Positions 37,736 to 52,065 of a stretch of DNA of 64,000 nt are shown here, piece after piece. This DNA is from Sphyrna mokarran (taxonomy: Eukaryota), in contig JAGIQG010000009.1 in NCBI GenBank assembly GCA_024679065.1, positions 68,076,001 through 68,140,000 of the forward strand, written 5' to 3'. The notes beneath the pieces were generated by a model. It ran no database searches and was not told the origin of the DNA. It worked only from the letters and a program-made list of their open reading frames with translations. How positions within the stretch are numbered: position 1 is the stretch's first letter; every line of letters begins with the position of its first letter. The position numbers were made by a program, and so were the translations under genes.

Positions 37736-38117
37736 AACTCCCCCTTCATTTTTCTCTGAAAAGCAGGAAGAAAGAATTTCAGGATTTGCTTACATTGCTG
37801 ACTTCCTACTATTGACTGCACATATAAAGTTCCGTGCATTCCCATCACAATCTGTTTTCCAATGAAGAGCTTCCTCAAGCTCATTGTTCAAACATTTTGC
37901 AACCACAGGCAGCAATTCAGGCAGGTCTGGGCTCTATATCTGTAGTACTCACAATGATTTAATATTGCACCAGTCCCCAGTACCCACTCCATTCTGTGCA
38001 AACCATCAGACAGTAAGCTAGCTGCTCAGAGACAAGAGCTATCCCCTCAACAACTGGCTCCTGATACCTCTCATGGACCTGTGCACAGCTGTGTATAGTG
38101 TCAGCTGAGTGAACAAA

Positions 38118-38412
38118 CTAAAGTTTATTTAGTAGTCAAAAAGTAGGTTTACATTAACACTGCAATGAAGCTACTGTGAAAACCTTCCAGTCACCACACT
38201 CAGGCACCTGTTCGGGTACACTGAGGGTGAATTTAGCTTGGCCAATCACCTTACCTTGGCCAATCACCTAACTATTTTGGACAGTGGAAGAATCCAAAGT
38301 GTCGGGAAGAATGTGCAGACTCCACACAGACAGTGACTTAAGCAGAAATCAAACCTGGGTCCCTGGCACTGCGAGACAGCAGTGCAAACCCACTGTGTCA
38401 CTGTGCCATCCC
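38118..38412 (-). mobile_element. tRNA-derived V-domain SINE
   Basis: Same head and tail as 20062-20352, with the core partly deleted. Confidence 0.8.
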
Positions 38413-39729
38413 ATTGGTGTCCTGACATAAAGGTTCTGCTAGGATCCTTCACCACTGAGCAAGTGGGAAAACTGACTGTCATTTATCACCATCTTGCACC
38501 ACAAAGAGGAGTTGTTTTGGAGGAGGATGCAGGAAGTTGAAGGAAGCTGTGAGGATTTTGAAGTTGTGGAGGAAGAGCACGGCCTACAATGCTGAGAGGT
38601 GAGGTTAGAGGTGAAGACAGCGAACAATTGAGGAGAGATTCCCTTGTACCACCCTGACCAGAATATCAACATTCCATCATACCATCAGATCTAATCCTGA
38701 CAGCAATCAGCTCAGCGCTCCAAACTCATGGGTGTTTCAGTCACAATATGAAGATTATGAAGACTAATCTCTATTCCGAAAGAAAGCTTGCACATTGTTA
38801 CGCTAATCTTGTTTGCAATTAGTTATAAGATTCTTGCCCATTCCCTCTGTGCAAAACTGTTAATGCCTTCTGGTGTGCAAAGTCACTCATTTGTGCACTT
38901 CTACAAAGTGATTTCCTCATGGTTACAGTCCAGGAGATGGATGGGCTACTGAACCTCAACTGAGGGTATGTGTTGGCCAATTTGGGCAACCTAAAGCCAA
39001 TTGCAGACGAGGCTACAACTGAGGGTAATGTGGCCTAGCTAGCTGGTGGCAGTAACAAGGGCAATGGTTGAGAGGCTGGCAGGACTAAAGCATGTTATCA
39101 CCCTGACAGCAGTTGCCTCTCGCATGGATCCAATGTCATTCTCAGGGGGATGATGTCAGCACTCCCACAAAATTTGGAAAATTGGTATTTGAGATTTGGA
39201 GTGAGAGTATTTGCAATTACCCAGAATAGTATTAGTGCTGATTGAAGGAGCGTGTCAAGGACACTTGACCAAAGGTTGGGAAGGTGGTAGTTACCAACAA
39301 CCTGTGTGATTTTAAAATGAGGTGGGGAAGAGTAAGTCTACTTCACAACAGTATATTTTTAGTAGTGAATTGAAGTGGACTCATTAAGGCCGCATAAAGA
39401 CCACATTTACCTGAGTATAATCAGCATACAGCTTTCTCTTGAACTTAACTGAGGCTTTTGCCTTACATTTCTCAGTAACACCTCATTCCAAATAATAACA
39501 TCTGGATAACGAGCTTCCTGACAATAGCCCAAAATTTATCGTTTACCTGTTTGATCTTGTGTTGTCCTATTTGTTATGCATAGCATGTCTTGAAATAGTA
39601 CAGAGAATGTACCTTCACAATGCAATGTAATATTTCGTATAAATCTATAAAACACTTGCTAAGTTGTTTTCTTTTAAGGCTGTCTAGACTAATATTCTAT
39701 ATTCTTTCCTCTTACCTCGGTTGTCTGAC

Positions 39730-42700
39730 TGTAAGGACAGAGCTATACAATGTTCCTGCAGGACTGTATACATATAGAGTTAACATGTGATTGAGCACTG
39801 TCCATACTGTGATGTAAGAAAGCACATGGCCGATCCACAGTCAGTGTGATGTTGAACAGAGACATGTATAGATCTAAGCATGGAGACAGCTCTTAGCTCA
39901 TATCCTTTACAATATATGTGCAAATAGTTCTGGTAGTTAATAAAGACTTATAGTTAACCTATAAGAGATTACAGAGACTTCTTTAAGACATATTGTTCTG
40001 TAAACAACACCTTCCCAATATTGTGGCAGTAAGCAGAGATGGAGAGGAAAAATCACCAGAAAATGAGCCAGAGAAAAGCTCAGAAACTGAAGGCAGAGAT
40101 TTTTACTGCAGCAGAAAACTGCTTCAGAACACAGAGTCAGCCAAACCTGTGAGGATGAGCTAAATCTTTTAAAATTCCAGACAACAACAACTCCCTTAAG
40201 TAATTTAGTGTCAGAAGTGATGTTTGAAAAATATATGTAGCTAAAACCAGATCCTGTCCTCTTTTCCTGCAAGTTGGAGCTTGAACAGCTGCCTTCAAGC
40301 TATCAGAAAAAGAACAAGAAGCTCCAATTTGACCAACTCAACAGTTTACAAAATAAACCATCAAACAAATGAATTAACTAATGATCCAAGTAGTCATTAT
40401 TATTTTTTTCTATGAAAGCAGCATTGCCACTTGTGGAAACCACCATAACTAGCAAGCATGGGAAAATGGTTTTGTCTCCAAAATGAATGGTGACACCCAT
40501 CTTGAATTCCAGAAAACTCTGAGAACTCCACATATACATGAAAAACTTTTAACATCAATCACAATTCTATGCTTTCAAGTTAATTCAGTTTAATCCAAGG
40601 CATTTTAGCTTTGGAACTTTGACTTGGATTCCTTGTGTGGAATCTTCTTATGAAACCTCCTTTGGAATCTAGCTTGTTGGTAGGATCATTTAGCTTCCCC
40701 AGGCAAGCTTGGGTACTGGTGGGGATACGACGTGTAGACTGATCCATTGCCTGTGGGAAAGAGCAAATTATGCACCATATCATAGGAGAGTGTACAATCC
40801 ACAGACCCAGTGGAGGTCTATCTGCACTTAACACAGCAGGAATGTGCCGAAGAAACTGCTTGGCTTAGGGGCTTTGCATTCATTAAATAAATAAGTCCAA
40901 GGCCCAGACCAATCGTAAAACTGGGGATTTTGGAAACCCTTAAATAGAATAAAAGATTCTTAAGATACACCATTGGTTCAGGTTTAAATTTTTAAAATTA
41001 AAAAAACCTACAAGCAAAAGGAGGACATAACCCAGGAAAAGGCAATCTAGATAGACAGAAAGAACTCTGCGAGCAGCACAGGATAATCTTAAGGAGAAAG
41101 AATAACACACGCTGCAGAGTTCAACCCTTTAATCCAGCTAGTTAAGCAACAAAGACAAAAGGTGCAATTTTATGACCTTGTCCTGTCTGGTCCTTGGCAA
41201 AGTGAAATGGTAGGAAACAAAAAATGCCCGGTTTTCCACCTCTCCCAATCTTACCAGCACTGTTTTGCCAAAAAAACTGATTTAAATATTAATGACATGC
41301 AACAAGTCCTGGACATTATCGTTCAGGCTCAATTACCTGTACTACCTCACTGGCCGAGCTTCTCCCCCACCAGAATCACATATAGTCTCCACCATTGGGG
41401 ACCAGACAGGATGGCCTTGCTGGGAGGAACAGAGGCCTTCGAAGCCCCCCAGATGGCCAGGGACAGGGCTGGACAGTGCCCAGGAAGCAGCGGGAGATCA
41501 GGGCTGCTGTGCAATGACATCTTAAGAAATCAACAAAACAATCCAAGAGATCCTGCTCATCATTCACAAAGAGGACTGCTCATTACCGGGCTGCAATGCC
41601 TGTGTTGAACTGGATCTACAAAATCAACCAACAAGGGCCTGGCTACAAATATACAATGAATTCTTAAAGCTCTTCACAGGACTGGGTCTGAAAAAAAGTG
41701 TGTAGGACCACACTGAGGAAGGATGCTAAACCCGTCTGCCTTTTCACTCTGTAAGAAATCTCCAGCACCCACCAACCCCCTCCCCATCTTTGGCAGCAGC
41801 TGGATAAGTCCAAAGATATGTGGGTTATATGCATTGGTCATGTTAAATTGCCCCTTAGTGTCCTGAAATGCATAAATTAGCGGGATTAGCAGGGTAAATA
41901 TATGGGATTACGGGATTAGGATCTGTGTTGGATTGTTTATCGATGTAGACTCAATGGGCTGAATGGCACCTTTTGCATTGTAAGGTTGTTATGATTCTAT
42001 GATTCTAAGAGGAGAGACTGGGGCGGGGGGGGGGGGGGGGAGGAAGGTCATCTTTCCAGTGATCAACTGATCACATGGTGCTCTGAGATAGTCCCAGTCC
42101 CAAAACCCAATAGGTAACTCCAACTTTATATTGACACCACACAGCTCAATCAGACCTTAGTCAGAAAAGTTCATCCCTCATCCTCAGTGGATGAAAGCCT
42201 GATTAAACTCTCAAAGAGCATGGTATTTCCAAAGCTGGACCTAGACAGTGGATTCTGGCAACTTCCATTCCATGAGGATTCCCGGCACTTTATCATCCCC
42301 CGCTTTGGCAAATTCTGCTACAGTCACCGCTGTTTGGGTTCATGTCAATGCCGGAAATGTTCCACTGTGTGGTCTCAGCCATTTTGCAGGGCTTTCAGGA
42401 GGAGATCAGAGGGACAATGTTTTTCTTCAGGAATAGAGGAATGTGGCAAAAGACCCACAGAAGTCTCTGAGTGCCTGCACGAAGCAGGGCTGGAGCTAAA
42501 TGACAAATATCAGTTTTCCAAAACATCGATTTGATTCCTGGGCCACATTGTCAGAAACAAAGGCATCAGGACAGACCCACAGAAAAACAGGCAAGTTGCC
42601 CATCCCATTCTCAGTCCTTGACCTCCAGCACCTCCTGAGGTTGGTGTCCCTCGCAGCTGGCAAAGATTTTACCAAATTTGTCTCAGGTCACAGACATCTT

Positions 42701-43440
42701 AAGGCTTAAAAAAGACAAGCATGGTTCTGGGGTTCACGCCAACTCAAGGAAACACTGCATCAAGACAACATTTCTCCCCACTGGCATTCTGGCCTACCAC
42801 AACCTATTGTTCACCACCTAATCAGCAGATGCTTCATCCACTAGCTTCTAAGCAGTCCTCTTTCATGAACAACTGGATGGAAGTCGCTGATTGGTGTATG
42901 ACACTTCCATAAGTCTGTTAGGCATGGAGATGAGATATGCCAGAGAGAAAAAGAAGCTCTCACAGTCATATGAGCGTGTGGGAGGCCATTGGCTGAGGCA
43001 ACATCAGCCTCAAGTTCACAATCAAAATGGAGTATAAACCACCAATCTACTTATTGGGCAAGAGGAGCTAGCAAAATGTCTCTCAGAATCCAGAAATTTC
43101 ACATGTGCTACACGTGGTTGGCCGACAAGATGGTGTACATCCAAGGTAAAAAGCTGACGACAGCAGACTCACTTTCAAGGGCCACAGTGGCTTTCCTGAC
43201 CAAACAGGATGTCGACTCCATTGTATAACAGTAAGCCCATTCCCAATCAACCAGCCAGTGACAACTAATAAACTCCAACAGATCCATCAGGAGCAAACGC
43301 GTGGTGAGGAGTGTGTCTGAATCCTCAGATACTGACAATAAGGAGGACCTTGACAGAGACTAAAAAGAGGTACCACAAAAACTCGGTTCAAGCAGCATAA
43401 GCACTTTACAGTTATAGATGACCTTGCAGTATTTGCTAGT
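39730..43440 (+). mobile_element. Decayed Ty3/Gypsy LTR retrotransposon (probable 5' LTR ~39730-40010, pol remnants 41600-43440)
   Basis: KLFTGLG and LRKDAKPVCLFT (~41667-41750), WCSEIVPVPKPN (~42076), VDESLIKLSKSMVFPKLDLDSGFWQLP, RNase H remnants and IQGKKLTTADSLSRA. The LTR is inferred from a TGT start and AATAAA. Confidence 0.8.
41805..42008 (+). mobile_element. SINE 3' half inserted in Gypsy pol
   Basis: AGTCCAAAGATATGTGG..AAATTGCCCCTTAGTGTCC..GATTCTATGATTCTA. Confidence 0.8.
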
Positions 43441-43801
43441 TGCAGCTTGCCAACACAAAAATCATTTTTATTTTTATTCCTGCCCTGTGAGCCACATTAA
43501 ATTTTATGACAATCCAGCAGTTTCACCTTGACTGGAGATAGCTTTTCTTTAAAAAAATAAGATCTATCTAATTAACTGAATTTAAATTCTATAGCTGCCA
43601 TAGTAACGTTTGAACACATATCTCCAAACCATTTGTCACAGTCTCTGTTCAAGTAAATAATCAGTAAACTGCCATTCCATGTACCAAGGTTACATGCGTT
43701 TACAATGTAGATCAATTATTTGGTTTGAAAAGTCCAGTTTTCAGAAAACTTTTAGAAGGTCATTTTAACCTCACCCACTCTAATTAGGAAGCTGATGAGT
43801 T

Positions 43802-44125
43802 TGGCATGGTGGCACAGTGGTTAGCATTGCTACCTCACCAGTGCCAGGGACCTGGATTCAATTCCAGCCTTGGGTGACTGTATGGAGTTTGTACGTTCTC
43901 TCTGTGCTGTGTGCATTTTTTCCAGATGCTCTGGTTTCCTCCCACAGTCCAAAGATTAGATTGATTCGCCACAGTAAATTGCCTCAAAATAAGTAAATTG
44001 AAGGGATTAAGTACGTGGGGTTATGTAAATAGGACCTAGGTAAGATGGTCCTTCAGAAAGTGAATGAAACTTAATGGGCTGAATGGCCTGTTTCTGTGTT
44101 TCGGAATTCTGTGATTCTATGATTG
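43802..44125 (+). mobile_element. tRNA-derived V-domain SINE (HE1-like)
   Basis: GGCATGGTGGCACAGTGGTTAGCATTGC A box, GGATTCAATTCC B box, V core, GATTCTATGAT tail. Confidence 0.88.
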
Positions 44126-46679
44126 GGTGCACTGCTGATTTTGCATTTTGTCTAATACTTTGAAATAAATTCAATGGAGGGTAAAATTATGTGGTTACCA
44201 CCAGGGTTGCCCCTAATCCCAAAGGGGCAGTTAGTTCAAAATTAAATTGCCCTGTTTTAGCAAGCAATTGTCACACTGATTGGTGTACCCTGCAGCAGTT
44301 TTATTGAGTGGAATATTAGAGGCAGTGGTTGCGGAGATGAGAGAGGAAAAGGTGGGGGATGTGAAATGGGTAGATGAATAAAAACATTTGAGACTTTTTT
44401 TTGGCCAAATAAAAAGTGAATTATCTGGCGTGTTGCAGCAAGAATTTACAGACAATTTCTCAAATATTGGTAATCATGCCAAGAACTGCACAAGGACATT
44501 GCGTAAATCACTCAAACTTTACACTGAAGTTCTTTGGATGGGATCCAAAGGATTCTTGATGGCAGCAGAGAAGAAAATGAAAAACAGAAAAACGACGGGT
44601 TGTGCATTCCGCTTACAAAAATATTGTGAAAACGCACTCAGAATATTTTGAATATTCTCGACAAGTTTCCTCAGAACTTTTGTGTAAAACAAAACAGCTG
44701 CACCTTGTCTTGAGCTTCTCTTTAAAGTTTTATGGTCTGGCAGTAGGGAGAATAACAGAGGGTAACGGACTGCCTGACTCACACTTCCCACACAGAGCTG
44801 CCAACGAATGCCAGGTAACTGTTTACATGAACCATATGCCTCATGGTGAATTTTACTGTGTTATGGCCCAAGGAAATATTTGACCCTACCAATGTAGCAA
44901 ATTAATTTGCATGATGGCGCAGATAATGGGTGACAGGTATGTACCTCAAATACATGGTCTGCATCGAAAGGAAAAAAGGGAAACAAAGAGAGAGAGACTT
45001 ACATTTCTATCGCATCCTCCTCGATCCCAGATGTTCCAAGATGCTTTATTGATAATTAGGTACTTTCTGAAGTGCAGTCACAATAACTCAGGAAACTCTT
45101 GTCAAGTGGAGAACAGAACACAATGGAATCTACCACCAAATTCTGGCTCCAAAGTGCTAAAAGTACCATTTCCCCCTGACATATATTGGCGATAACTAGC
45201 AACTCCATTCTCAGGTTGTCATAAACTAATGGGGATTATTGGTCAAGTTTTGTTGCAGGGGTCCTCATGCCCAATGGTAAAGATTGCCTTTGCAAAACAA
45301 TCTGCTTGTGTTGAGCCACAGAGAGGAGAATGATCGAAGGCTGAATGCAGCTCCAGAATTAACCTTCGGTTGACCTTTCATAAAGATACTGCTGCTGGAT
45401 CCCTTTAACTGAGATTTCATACGTGGCAGAAAGGAAAATATTTGATATTCCATATTTCAAAGTTCTCAGCATTGATCAAGGAGGGAAGAGGAGGAGGACT
45501 GGTGACCATTGTACTGAGGAATAGGAGAGGTGATCATTGGACTGAGAGTTAGTAGTAATGACCATTATAGTGAAGCCAGGAATTTGGAACACTACAGTCT
45601 CCAAACCCTACTTCTGATGCCCATATTTCCTGCCTGAAGACCCACCTATCATCATCACTTGATAATTCCTCTCTTTCCTCAGGGGTCAATAATTGAATTA
45701 TGCCAGTCATCAGACATTTGCAGGCACAGCTCATAAAGGGAGATCTTCAGCTAACCTGAAATACAAATGCACTGTAACATATGTCCTGCCATATTGAGGT
45801 GCCTCTTTGCTTTTCCAGCCGCTAAAAAAGCTCTGCTCCTCACCTTTTAAACATATTTAACTAAAACCAGCGACTTGATTTCATGTTAACACTTACTTCA
45901 GAGCCGGGGATTGAGAGTTGAGGCTGAACATCAAGTCTTGATTACATAATCCAGGAGCTCTGAAGAGTGCTGTGGAAATTCCTGCAGGTCAACTGATAAA
46001 TTTCAGATGACGTGTTATGTGGTGACAGATATGAAATGTGCAACCATTGTTTTATAGTATATTATTGCAGGATATGTTTGTTTCCTGTTACCTTTGCTTC
46101 TGTGGAGATTGTTTTGAGCTTCATCCAGTTTTGGGTAATTCCAAAGCAGCTGCTGGAGATGAGCCTTATGCACTTAACCTGGAATATATCTTTTGTGTGA
46201 TCCATGTTCCTTTGGGACTAAAAATATGGATCCTCTTTTAGTGGATCCAGGCATTCACATTTCAACTGAAAAATCTTCAAATGTATGGGATTAGTGCCTT
46301 GAAAAACCAGGAGCCTCAGACTTAACATTTGGCAGAAATGTTCAAAATGGAAAATTGTTTTAATTGTCTTTCCAATAGTTATGGCTCGTTTATCACTGTC
46401 TCCCAGAGGTTAATTTGCTATTCAAGGTGCTGATGGTACTGGATATGCATTGAAATATTTAGTGAAGATGCATCAAAAAAAACTGGGCTAATTCTCAATG
46501 ATATAGATCAAATGCTGCAAGTGCAGTTTGAGTGTTAAATGGGCAGTAAACTGGGCAGGGAAGAAAATTAAACCTTGTATGCAATTATACAAATTATACT
46601 GATATTCCTCTGGTTAGTGGTTGTAAGTTCAATGTCAGCATTAATGTCAAATTTCCAGATTTTATATTTTCATTCATCC

Positions 46680-47070
46680 ACCATCTTAAACGTTCAACAT
46701 TTCCATCACTGATGCACAGAGGCAGCAGAGTGTACCATCGAAAAATGCAACGCATAACTCACCAAAATTCTTTCAACAATACCTTCCAAACCATGACTTC
46801 TACCAAGAAGGACAAGGGCAGCAAAGGGAACACCGCCATCTACAAGTTTCCTTCCAAGTCACACAACATCATGACTCGGAACTATATCGCCATTCCTTCA
46901 CTGGTACTGAGTCGAAGTTTGGAACTTCTCTCCTAACAACACTGTGTGTGTTCGACACACATGAATTGCAGCAGTTCAAGAAGGTGCCTCACCACCACTT
47001 TCTGATTTAGGGATAGTTAGGAAATGTTGGCCTAGCCAGTGAAGCCCACATCGCGTGATAGATGTTTTAA
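46680..47070 (+). mobile_element. LINE 3' fragment sharing its tail with the second SINE family (similar copies at 33480-33620 + and 57250-57690 -)
   Basis: GCAGCAGTTCAAGAAGG..CACCACCAC..ATGTTGGCCTAGCCAG..GCCCACATC terminus. Confidence 0.65.
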
Positions 47071-48079
47071 AAATCTCAGTGAAGGACTTCAGACTATTTT
47101 GCACTGGCCAAGGTTCTGACATCCTCTGTCATTGTGACTGTATGCATCATCTCTCCTCAGCCTCTTCAATGCCTCTGTAGTGTTTGCTAAAGTCAACCAT
47201 ATCATCCTCCATCATTTCTCTTTACTCTTCAGCTCTGTGGGACTAGTCAAATATGCTTTTATTCCTACCTGTCCAATCACAGTAAACACATCTCCAGTAC
47301 TGAATTCTTTAACCAATTTGAATTCTGTAAGTTCTCCAAGGACTTATCTTTAACCCAACCTTCCCCTTCTTCACCTAAATCCTGCCTGTCAGCAACTCCA
47401 TTGGCAGGTAGCATGGTCATCTTTTGTACAGATGCTGGACAGATGCTGATAGTATCCACTCAATTTCTTGACCACTTCCTTTTTCTGTCAGACTAACTAT
47501 TTCTTGCATTTATGGTGATGTTCATACCCAATGACATCAGGCTCTCTGTTGTTCAGTTGGAAAAATCCCCACTCATAATCTCCTCAATTCATATTGTTTC
47601 AGCGGCCTGTTTGACATCTCTTGCGATTTTGCATGTGTTTCAAGGGGAGGGATGTACAATAGGCTGTCTGATCAATTGCCAAAGTTAATGTTACACCCAA
47701 GTGGTCTTTAAACACAGAGACTGTTGGAGGCAATGAGCAGGAAGATCATAGAATATAAAAAAAAAACACATGGGTACATTAAAAAAATAAATTTATCCCC
47801 CAAATGTAGCTGGAAAAATAATGGAGTTTTAATGCTAGCCAGTAAATTCAGCAAAGTCTCCAGAATTTGTGAGTTGATTTACACTATAGCATCATTTCGC
47901 ATGAACAACCATCCTTAGATTCCCCATTCTTTTTCAGAACTAACGATAATTGACCACTAAACTTGCTGGAGAAAGTTAACTCTGGCGACTAAGAGTGTCT
48001 GTTTAACAGCACGATGAATGCCAATTAACCTCTCTGGCTCAGAAAAGAATCCATTTAGTGGTGGCATGTCTACAGAGTT

Positions 48080-48405
48080 ATGGAGGTACAGGGGTTAGCA
48101 CTTCCACCTCACAGCTCCAGGGGCCTGGGTTCAATTCTTTGGGTGACTATCTGTGTAGAGTTTGCACATTTTCTCTGTGTCTGTGTAGGTTTCTCCCCAC
48201 ACTCCAAAGGTATGCAGGGTTGGTGGATTGGCCATACTAAATTACCCTTAGTATCCCAAAATGTGTAATTGGATGAAAATTAGCCATAGGAAATGTGTGA
48301 ATTAATGAGGAAAAGGTGGAGAAGATGGCTTAGATAACACTCTGTCTGAGAGTCAGTGCAGACTTGATAAGCCAAATATCCTCTTCCGCAATGTAGGAAT
48401 TCTCT
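48080..48405 (+). mobile_element. tRNA-derived V-domain SINE, older copy
   Basis: GGTTAGCAC..CCTCACAGCTCCAGGG..GGGTTCAATTC, TTTGCACATTTTCTCTGTGTCTG. Confidence 0.8.
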
Positions 48406-49010
48406 GATTATTTCCTCCATGTAGTCAATCTCTTCTTTTTTTTATGTATCTGCTTTGACCCTACTCATCTTCCTTCTTCATTGTTTTCCTGTTTCTTCCT
48501 TCATCTTTAAGTCTACCTGGTTAAGCCATTTAGGCTACCACTTGCACCATTCACTAAGGTTTCAGATGCATCATTGTCCTCAGTGAGTTATTGCACACGT
48601 ATTTTTCAGATGACGTATATACTGTGAGATGTTCCATTCCAGCAAGAATTGGTTCAGTGGTTTGAGCACTGTTAGGGTACTGTGTACATCTGGGCATTTC
48701 CCAGATGTACAGGAGGTTAATGCAATGAGGGGTGGAGGTGTGCATATTCAGCATATTCTCCAGTTGTATGAGAACTCTTTAGCATTGGGACTATTTCTAC
48801 TGGAGAAGAGAAGGCTAGGAGGAGATTTATTAGAGATTTTAAAAATTATGGAAGTTTTGGTGGAATGAATGGGGAAAGATTATTTACGTTTCACAAGTCA
48901 TGAATTAATATTATAAAAATGAGAGGAGTTAGGAGAAATTTCTTTGCAGAGAAAAATAGTGAAGCATGAAATGCTTTATCACAAAGGATGATTCAGGCAG
49001 AGAGCATAGC

Positions 49011-49143
49011 CACTAGCTTTTCGGGTTTGCCCCTTCGTCAGGAGAGTGCACTCATCTGACGAAGGGACAAACCCCGAAAGCTCGTGCATTTACTTCCAAA
49101 TAAACCTGTTGGACTTTAATCTGGTGTTGCGAGACTTCTTACA
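49011..49143. mobile_element. Penelope-like palindromic pLTR with hammerhead cores on both strands
   Basis: Hairpin 49011-49086 centred on GAGTGCACTC; plus strand CTGACGA-AGGGACAAACCCC-GAAAGCTC-GTG, then AATAAACCTGTTGGACTTTAATCTGGTGTTG. Confidence 0.85.
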
Positions 49144-51705
49144 GATGTGGTCTCTTCCTGTGCTGTAAACATTCATCAATCTCAGAAACAATTCCCAAAT
49201 TACACCTTTAATAAATTTTAAAAATACACATCTGTTGCAAAATACTAATTTTTTTTAAAATGCAATGTGAAAGTACAAAGTGTTATAATTCAGGTCAGAA
49301 ACTCCAAAATATTCTATGAAGTCCGCCTGAATCATAAATTTTGCACCTTGAATTTAGAAAGGATGAGCATCAGAAAGTTCACTTTAGGTATGTTTCAAAT
49401 GACTGGGTAGGGAGTTTTTATCAAAGTTTATTTAAATATAGTTAACGTGTTTAGAAAGAAAATTTGCAATCACTTTTATCAATTAAAAAAAGCAATCATG
49501 ATATTGTACAAATCTTAATGAATGTAGGAAACATTCCAATCAAACAAAACCCATACACAAAACAGTTGCCACATATTTAAGACGACAAATACAAATACTC
49601 AAGTGATGCTGATACTGAGTACTTTAGTTTGAGAATTGAGACCTTGACTTGGCCTTGCAACTCTTACCAGCCCTCAGATATGCACCCAGAATAGCTTCCC
49701 AGAATACAAGGGTGAGAGAGACTCCAGGCAAGCCATCCACCAAACACAGATTTTTCATTCCAGGAAGCTGACTTCCAGCTAGCCAACAGGCTCTATAATG
49801 CCAAGGAGAGAGAGAGAGAAACACTACTTTCCACCTGATGTCCACTTTTTTCTAAGAAGAAGATGGTTTTCTTCTAAACTAAACCTGAAAAGGAATCCTT
49901 AGATTTTTCTTTCTGGGGAAGGGACCATCTGATTTTGCCTTGTTAATCAATCTTCTTCCTCACAATGTAAGGTTGTCAAAGATCTCAGAGTAAACATGAA
50001 CAAGACACCATTTATGCCATTGAAGTAGCAATGAAAGGACTTTTAGCAGCTGGCCCAGCAAAATGAGAAAAAAAATGAAAAGGTCTGCTTATAACTACAG
50101 AGAATAGGATTTAAAAAAATTCTTAAAGGTACACTAACGTTACAAAAGTTGAGGTTTAAATTATAAAGGGTTTTGATAGAGTAAATAGGGAGAAATGGTT
50201 CCATTAGTAAGCAATCCAGCAACCGATTAGGAATCTGATTTAAGATCATTGTTAAAAGAACTGAGGTGATAGAGTTTTTTTTGTAAACACAGCAAGGTCT
50301 GGAATACATTGCCTGGAAGCAGATTCAATAGTAATTTTCAAAGGGGAATTGGAGAAATATTTGAAAAGGAGAAAATTGCAGGTCTACAATGAAAGTGCAG
50401 GAATGTGGGACTAATTGGATAGCTTTCCAAAGCAATGGCACATGTGTAATGTACAACCGCCTTCTACCAAGTTGTAAGATTTTATGTTAAGGGGAAAAAA
50501 AAGGTTAACTTTAAAGGTAGCCTTTATCATAACTGGGAATGAAAAACAGCTGAGTCCCTTTGGGAAAGGTCACTCTCTAACACATTGACAAAGAGAGATT
50601 AATTCTTGTGCATTTCTAACATCTTATTTTATTCCTCCAGCATCTTTAATTTTGTGTATTCTACCTAAAGGCCAGAGCATCACTTAAAAAGGGTTGCTTG
50701 TTGGAGTAATAGGGGAATTTAAACCAGTGCAGCACAGATGATTTAGAGGTGGAATCCAATATAATGTTAGGCAGAACATAGAGCTTGTCTCTGGATTTGA
50801 CTATGCTACATTTGATTGAGGGATACATATTGGCGATGATATAAAACAAAGTAGTGTCAGAGATAGTGCACCCATTCGCCAGTACGGCTACCACTGCACG
50901 TTAAGAAAAGAAATCCAAATTGTAAATAAAAAGATGTACCTTCTTTTTAATAGATTACAATTGTGACAATATTTCAAAAGTGCTTACTTGGTTGTAAGGT
51001 CTGCAAAAGACACAATATTGTCTCCTTTCTTGATGCTTATCACAGTGGCCCTTTTCCATCTCTGATTTTCCACACAACTGATTTTTAAAAATTAGTTAGG
51101 GACAAGCGCCTCCATTTATTCACCTCAATGGATGAATGGAATGGTTACAGGCAGAGGGATGTTTCACTTCTATGGTCTGACGATTACTTAGCATCTGCAT
51201 AAAAGCTGATTAGGTCAAGTCAAATGGGCTTTCTTTTTCAGATATTCGACTAATTAAAAGCTTGCCTAAGAATTGAAAACAAAACATAGTGATAATATTG
51301 CTATCAATCGTCATGATTAACAATCATCTGGCTGTCTGAACAAACATTCATGAGGATAGATATTAATGGTGCAAGAAAAAAGCTGACTTTTCATAAGTAT
51401 CTAATATTAATCTATAGCTCTTCATCGTAAAGCAGAACTTTTACTGAGAAAAATGAACAATTCATTCAATTAGATTTCAGTGATTAAAACAGTTAAAAAT
51501 TGACAATTTCAGATGAAAATCAGATGGATTTATGATGCAGCAATGTTTCAAATATAATTAAACCTATGCCTTCAATACATGGAAGATATAGTTATTTAGC
51601 CCCCCTAAAAGGCAACTTTGGCTCAAACATTAACAACTCACAAGACTCATGCATGTAAAATTATATATCATTTTGGTTTTCTAACAGAGCTAAACCAAGT
51701 AAGGA

Positions 51706-52065
51706 AAGGCAATGGCCTAGCGATAGTATCACTAGAGTTTTAATCAAGAAACTCAGCTAATGTTTTGGGGATCTGGGTTCAGATCCTGCTATGGCAGATT
51801 GGTGGAATTTGAATTCAATAAATAAAGATCTGGAATTAAGATTCTACTGAAATCCGCGAAACCATTGTTGATCGTTGGAAAATGCATCTGGTTCACTAAT
51901 GTCCTTTAGGGAAGGAAATCTGCTGTCCTTATCTGGTCAGGCCTATATGTGACTCCAGAGCCACAGCAATGTGGTTGACTCTAAACTGCCCTCCAAGGGC
52001 ATCTAGGGATGGATAATAAATGCTGGCCAGCCAGCGACGCCCCTGTCCCATGAACAAATGAATAA
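51706..52065 (+). mobile_element. tRNA-derived SINE, second family, near full length
   Basis: GGCAATGGCCTAGCG A box, GGGTTCAGATCC B box, same core and tail as 37452-37735. Confidence 0.85.

Noticed and set aside
44231-45453. Cluster of short ORFs in apparently unique DNA
   Set aside because: No recognisable homology or consistent splice-site and phase pattern; conservation could not be tested.
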